From Guillardia theta CCMP2712 (lineage: Eukaryota; Protista; Cryptophyta), in assembly GCF_000315625.1 (NCBI RefSeq), contig NW_005434654.1, positions 864,593 to 928,592 of the forward strand: 64,000 nucleotides of DNA, written 5' to 3'. The notes beneath the pieces are model-generated. The model ran no database searches. It was given only the letters and a program-made list of their open reading frames with translations, and was not told where the DNA came from. Each line of letters starts with the position of its first letter. Within the stretch, counting starts at the first letter, position 1. This document shows, piece by piece, positions 60,301 to 64,000 of the stretch. The translations under genes were made by a program, and so were the position numbers.

Positions 60301-61104
60301 TTTTGCTGGACCTCATCCTTCCTAAGGCCACTACTACCCAACCGTCTGCTATTGGCCGAGTTGGAGTTCCGACCTACCCCACCCACTGAGGGCCTTCCAC
60401 CCCTACTCTTGTCTGATTCCTTTAGTCTACCACCCCCACCCTACTGGAAAAGACGTTGTCCACCTTACACGCCTCAATGCTAAGCTCAGTTGGCGATGTA
60501 GTCTGAAATTGTTTGATAGAAATCCTTGAAATTATCAAATTAAAGAAGTATTTTACAAACACAAGTTTCAATTTCATTACTGCTACGCCAACTTCTTCGA
60601 ATGGAAGAATCAAAATTTAAAACTCAACGCCATTCTCTTCCACCCCCACCACCTCAAATTACGTATACCCACCCCACCCTGATCCCTTTGTCTCCTCCTC
60701 ATTTGGTTGCCGTACCCCACTCTCGTATCATTGTTGGACCACTACCCCCTGTCTTCCCACCCTTTCAACAATACACCCTGTAATCTAGCTTCTTTTGGTA
60801 CAAATATGTACCCCCCTACCCCAACATTATCCAAACTGTTCAATGCTACCCCTATATTTTCATCGTTGGTCTGATTGATGACCCGTATTAAGTACCCCAC
60901 CCATATTTTACCAAAACTTACCCATGCAAACAACCCCTGCCCTACCCCTAACGGACCATATGACCCCACCCTACCATTTCACTCACAACTACCCAACCCT
61001 CTCTAGTCGGGCATACTGCCTGCTTCCTGCTCCTGCTCCTCCTGCTCCTCCTACTCCTCCAGCAACCACTTCCCACGTTCACAGGTTCCTCTAGGCTCTT
61101 GCAG

Positions 61105-63844
61105 GCGATCCTTGAGGACGAGAGGGTGAGGAGCTGCGTTGAGTTCTCAGTCTCATCGCTCTTCATCCTTGGCTGTCGAGGGACGTGCCTCGAAGCCAGC
61201 TGTCTTTGAAACTGGTCTCACGCAAGAACGGCCCTTCGAGTCCAGTTCGGAGCTGTACAAGGGCAAACACCTCTGCATCTCCTCATCAGGCAACAGGCAA
61301 GAGACAGACACCCACAAAGAAACCTTGTGCATCCAAAGTTGAGGAGTACAGGTCCCCTGTTAGATTCACTCCCAAGAGTCCTGGTTCGGTAACTCGTGGA
61401 AGCGCTCGAGCACACCCGACAAGCAAATCGAGACAGCAGCACATCCAAGAGAACTCAAACAAAGTTCCTCGAAGCCTACTCAAGCGACCTCATACTTTCG
61501 TTGAAACACCTACCAAACAAGACAAGTTGACGATGCCATCTATCAGGACAGGTGTAAGATTCTTGTTTTCCGTTTCCTTGGAGGTGACAGGACTATATAC
61601 GTGCAGGGACTAGGCCGACATCTGCTCGCACAGCAGCATCAAACCTTGATAGATCTCTCAGTTCCAGCCTCCGATCCATCTCGAAAGAAAGCAGCTCCGA
61701 GTCTATCGGCGCAAGAATCTCTCGGAGGAAATCTGCTGGTAGTGAAGATGTGCAGAAGATTCGCTGAACCTTGATTTGACTTCCTTGCTAGCTGTACAGC
61801 CATCGCCAGCCACCAAAAGGACGAATGGTGTAAGCAGAAGATCAAGTGTAGCAGGTATCCCCCCGACCTGCCAGCTATGAGTGAGGGTAATGTTGGCTGT
61901 GAAGGAAACGCACCGGCCAAGGATCGTGTGACATGCATCGTCCGGAAGAGGCCAGCAAAAGATGGTGAAATGCTTGTGAAAGCTTGTCTGCAGCTGTGTG
62001 ACCAACCGACCAGGGGAAGTCGATGTTGTTTGTGTTGTGGATGATTGCATCGTCCAAGTGGCTGAACCGAAACAAAAGGTCACGAGCAGCAGATGTTGAT
62101 GGGGCTTACCCTCCGATCAGGTCGATCTCACCAAATACACAGAAAACCACAAGTTCAGGTAAAAATCAGCTTGCGTGCGAGTTTTTCTTTAATATTGATG
62201 TTTAATGTTTGCAGTTTCGACCATGCATTCGACGAACAATCCGACAATTTCACTCTCTACAACACGACTACCAAACCTCTTGTGAACTTCGTGATGGAAG
62301 GAGGTCTTGGAACTTGCTTTGCCTTTGGACAGGTTGGAATATATTTCCTTCTGCTCTAAGAGCTTGACGTGACGCACGTGATCAGACGGGCAGTGGGAAA
62401 ACTTTCACCATGCTCGGAGCTCCAGAGGTACTGCAGGCGCAGAAAATGTAGCATGTACTGACATCTCCTCGGCTTGCAGGTGGGACAACCTGGTTTGTAC
62501 CTGCTGGCAGCAGACGACATCTTCCGCATGTGCGACGGACACGCGCTGAACATCAACGTGTACGTCAGCATGATGGAAATCTACGGGGACGAAGTTTACG
62601 ACCTGCTCTCGGCGGAGAAGAAGCGCCTGGTCCCGCGCGAGGATGCCAAGAAGAAAGTTCAGATCGTGGGACTTACTGAGATCCCCGTTGAGAGCCCCCA
62701 GGACCTGATGCAGGCCATCGCAGAGGGCAGCCAGCTGCGGTCCACCAGCGTGACCGGGATGAACGAGCAGTCGTCGCGCTCGCATGCGATCCTTCAGATG
62801 TCGCTGAGGACTGACAGAGGGAAGTTGCACGGGCAGCTCTCCTTCATCGACCTTGCAGGCAGCGAGAAAGGGAGCGACACGGCGGAGAACGAAAAGAAGA
62901 CCCGCATGGAGGGAGCTGAGATCAACAAGAGCTTGCTCGCGCTCAAGGAGTGCATTCGCTCCATGACAGACTCTGCTGGTTACACTCCGTTCCGTAGCAG
63001 CAAGCTCACGCAGGTTCTCAAGGAGTCGTTTGTGGGCAACGGGAGGACGGTGATGATCGCCAACATCTCGCCTGCCGCCTCCTCCTCCATGGAGACAGTG
63101 AACACTCTCCGCTATGCCGACCGAGTGAAGGCCATCGGCAAGGGAAGCTCGAGCACTTCCAAGTCCTCTGCCGCCTCCAGCTCAGTCCAGACTCCTCGGG
63201 GGAGCGTCAGCCAGGTGAGGGAGGGAGGGTGCAAGGACGCATCGTGCCTGACAGCCCGCCAGATACAGCTGAAGCGCGAGGATTCGCAGACGAGCAAGCT
63301 GCGATCCACCTCGAAGAAAGGATCCTCCTACCTGGACATGTCGGTGGAGAAGGAGAACCTCGAGAATCGGATCTCCTGCGCCAACGACCTGTCGGGTCAG
63401 AGGAGGCGGCAGAGCCAGCTTACGCTGGGGAGGTACGAGAACATGGAAGTGCTGGACATGGAGGAAGAAGAGCCCGATCACAAGAGGAGAAGATCGCTGA
63501 TGAAGAACAACAACGTGCTGCAGGCGGTTGGAGACATGGACGAATGTTCCTTCACTGACGAGCTCGACGACGACGGCTTCGTTTACCATGGTGAAACCCA
63601 TGAAGCTCCCAAGGGCCAGAGCAAGCTCGACCCGGTATCCTTCGTAAACAGCTTCAGGGAGCAGATCGAAAAGAGCATGGCACTGATAGAGCAAGAGGTT
63701 GTGATGCTTGACAAGCTGGAGAAAGGAGGGGAAAATCCTCTGACGTCGGACAACATCCAGGAGGTCAACCGTCTGCTCCGAGAGAGAATGTGCATTGCGA
63801 CTCACTTGCAGAACGAGCTGCACAAACATGTGCAGGTGAAGTGA
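61105..63844 (+). CDS. Kinesin-13 family (KIF2/KIF24-like) microtubule depolymerase, multi-exon; start unresolved
   Basis: VTCIVRKRP, EPKQK|VDLTKYTENHKF (KVD finger), FDHAFDE, TCFAFGQ|TGSGKTFTM (P-loop), NEQSSRSHAI, LSFIDLAGSE, RMEGAEINKSLLALKECIR (KEC motif), PFRSSKLTQVLKESF. Internal motor with disordered N-terminus and C-terminal coiled coil. Confidence 0.93.
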
Positions 63845-64000
63845 GAGGAGTGACGATGATCATTCCGAGCTGCTACCTGATACAAACTAACAAGCTTCAC
63901 TTGAATGTTACGTTGAGCGTTGTCAACAATCTGCTCAAACAAGTATGGGATGGAGGACACGAGGATCTTTAGGGGTTCTGTGATCTGCTTATGGGAAAAT

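Overview
Eukaryotic nuclear DNA, gene-dense, with many very short (~45-60 bp) GT-AG introns. The style fits a cryptophyte such as Guillardia theta (inference, not proven). The supplied ORF track therefore shows mostly exon fragments and antisense shadows. The dominant structure is a ~21-kb inverted gene pair (13786-34940). Two head-to-head genes each encode a ~3,000-3,150-aa type-I membrane protein: signal peptide, kelch propellers, LamG-like domain, Cys-rich region, Ser/Asn-rich linker, more kelch, filamin-type Ig repeats, TM helix, short tail. The two copies are near-identical at DNA level including introns. Identity starts inside the signal-peptide codons, stops inside the last exon, and is interrupted by one diverged internal segment (72 bp versus 585 bp, the long form being a glycosylation-sequon-rich repeat). 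Each copy has its own in-frame ATG, N-terminus, C-terminus and stop. This points to old paralogues under continuing gene conversion and possibly an invertible locus that could reshuffle promoter, variable segment and tail. Other genes: multi-domain glycosyltransferase, CPA2-type cation/H+ antiporter, possible Rad52-fold protein, secreted LRR protein, pallidin-like BLOC-1 subunit, GPC1 acyltransferase, SKP1/BTB-LRR-like protein, bHLH-PAS transcription factor, orphan Myb/SANT-like protein, PGAM5, two low-complexity proteins, an intronless 1022-aa two-TM protein and a kinesin-13. No rRNA, tRNA or CRISPR was recognised. Exon boundaries were read by eye and gene ends outside the inverted pair are approximate.
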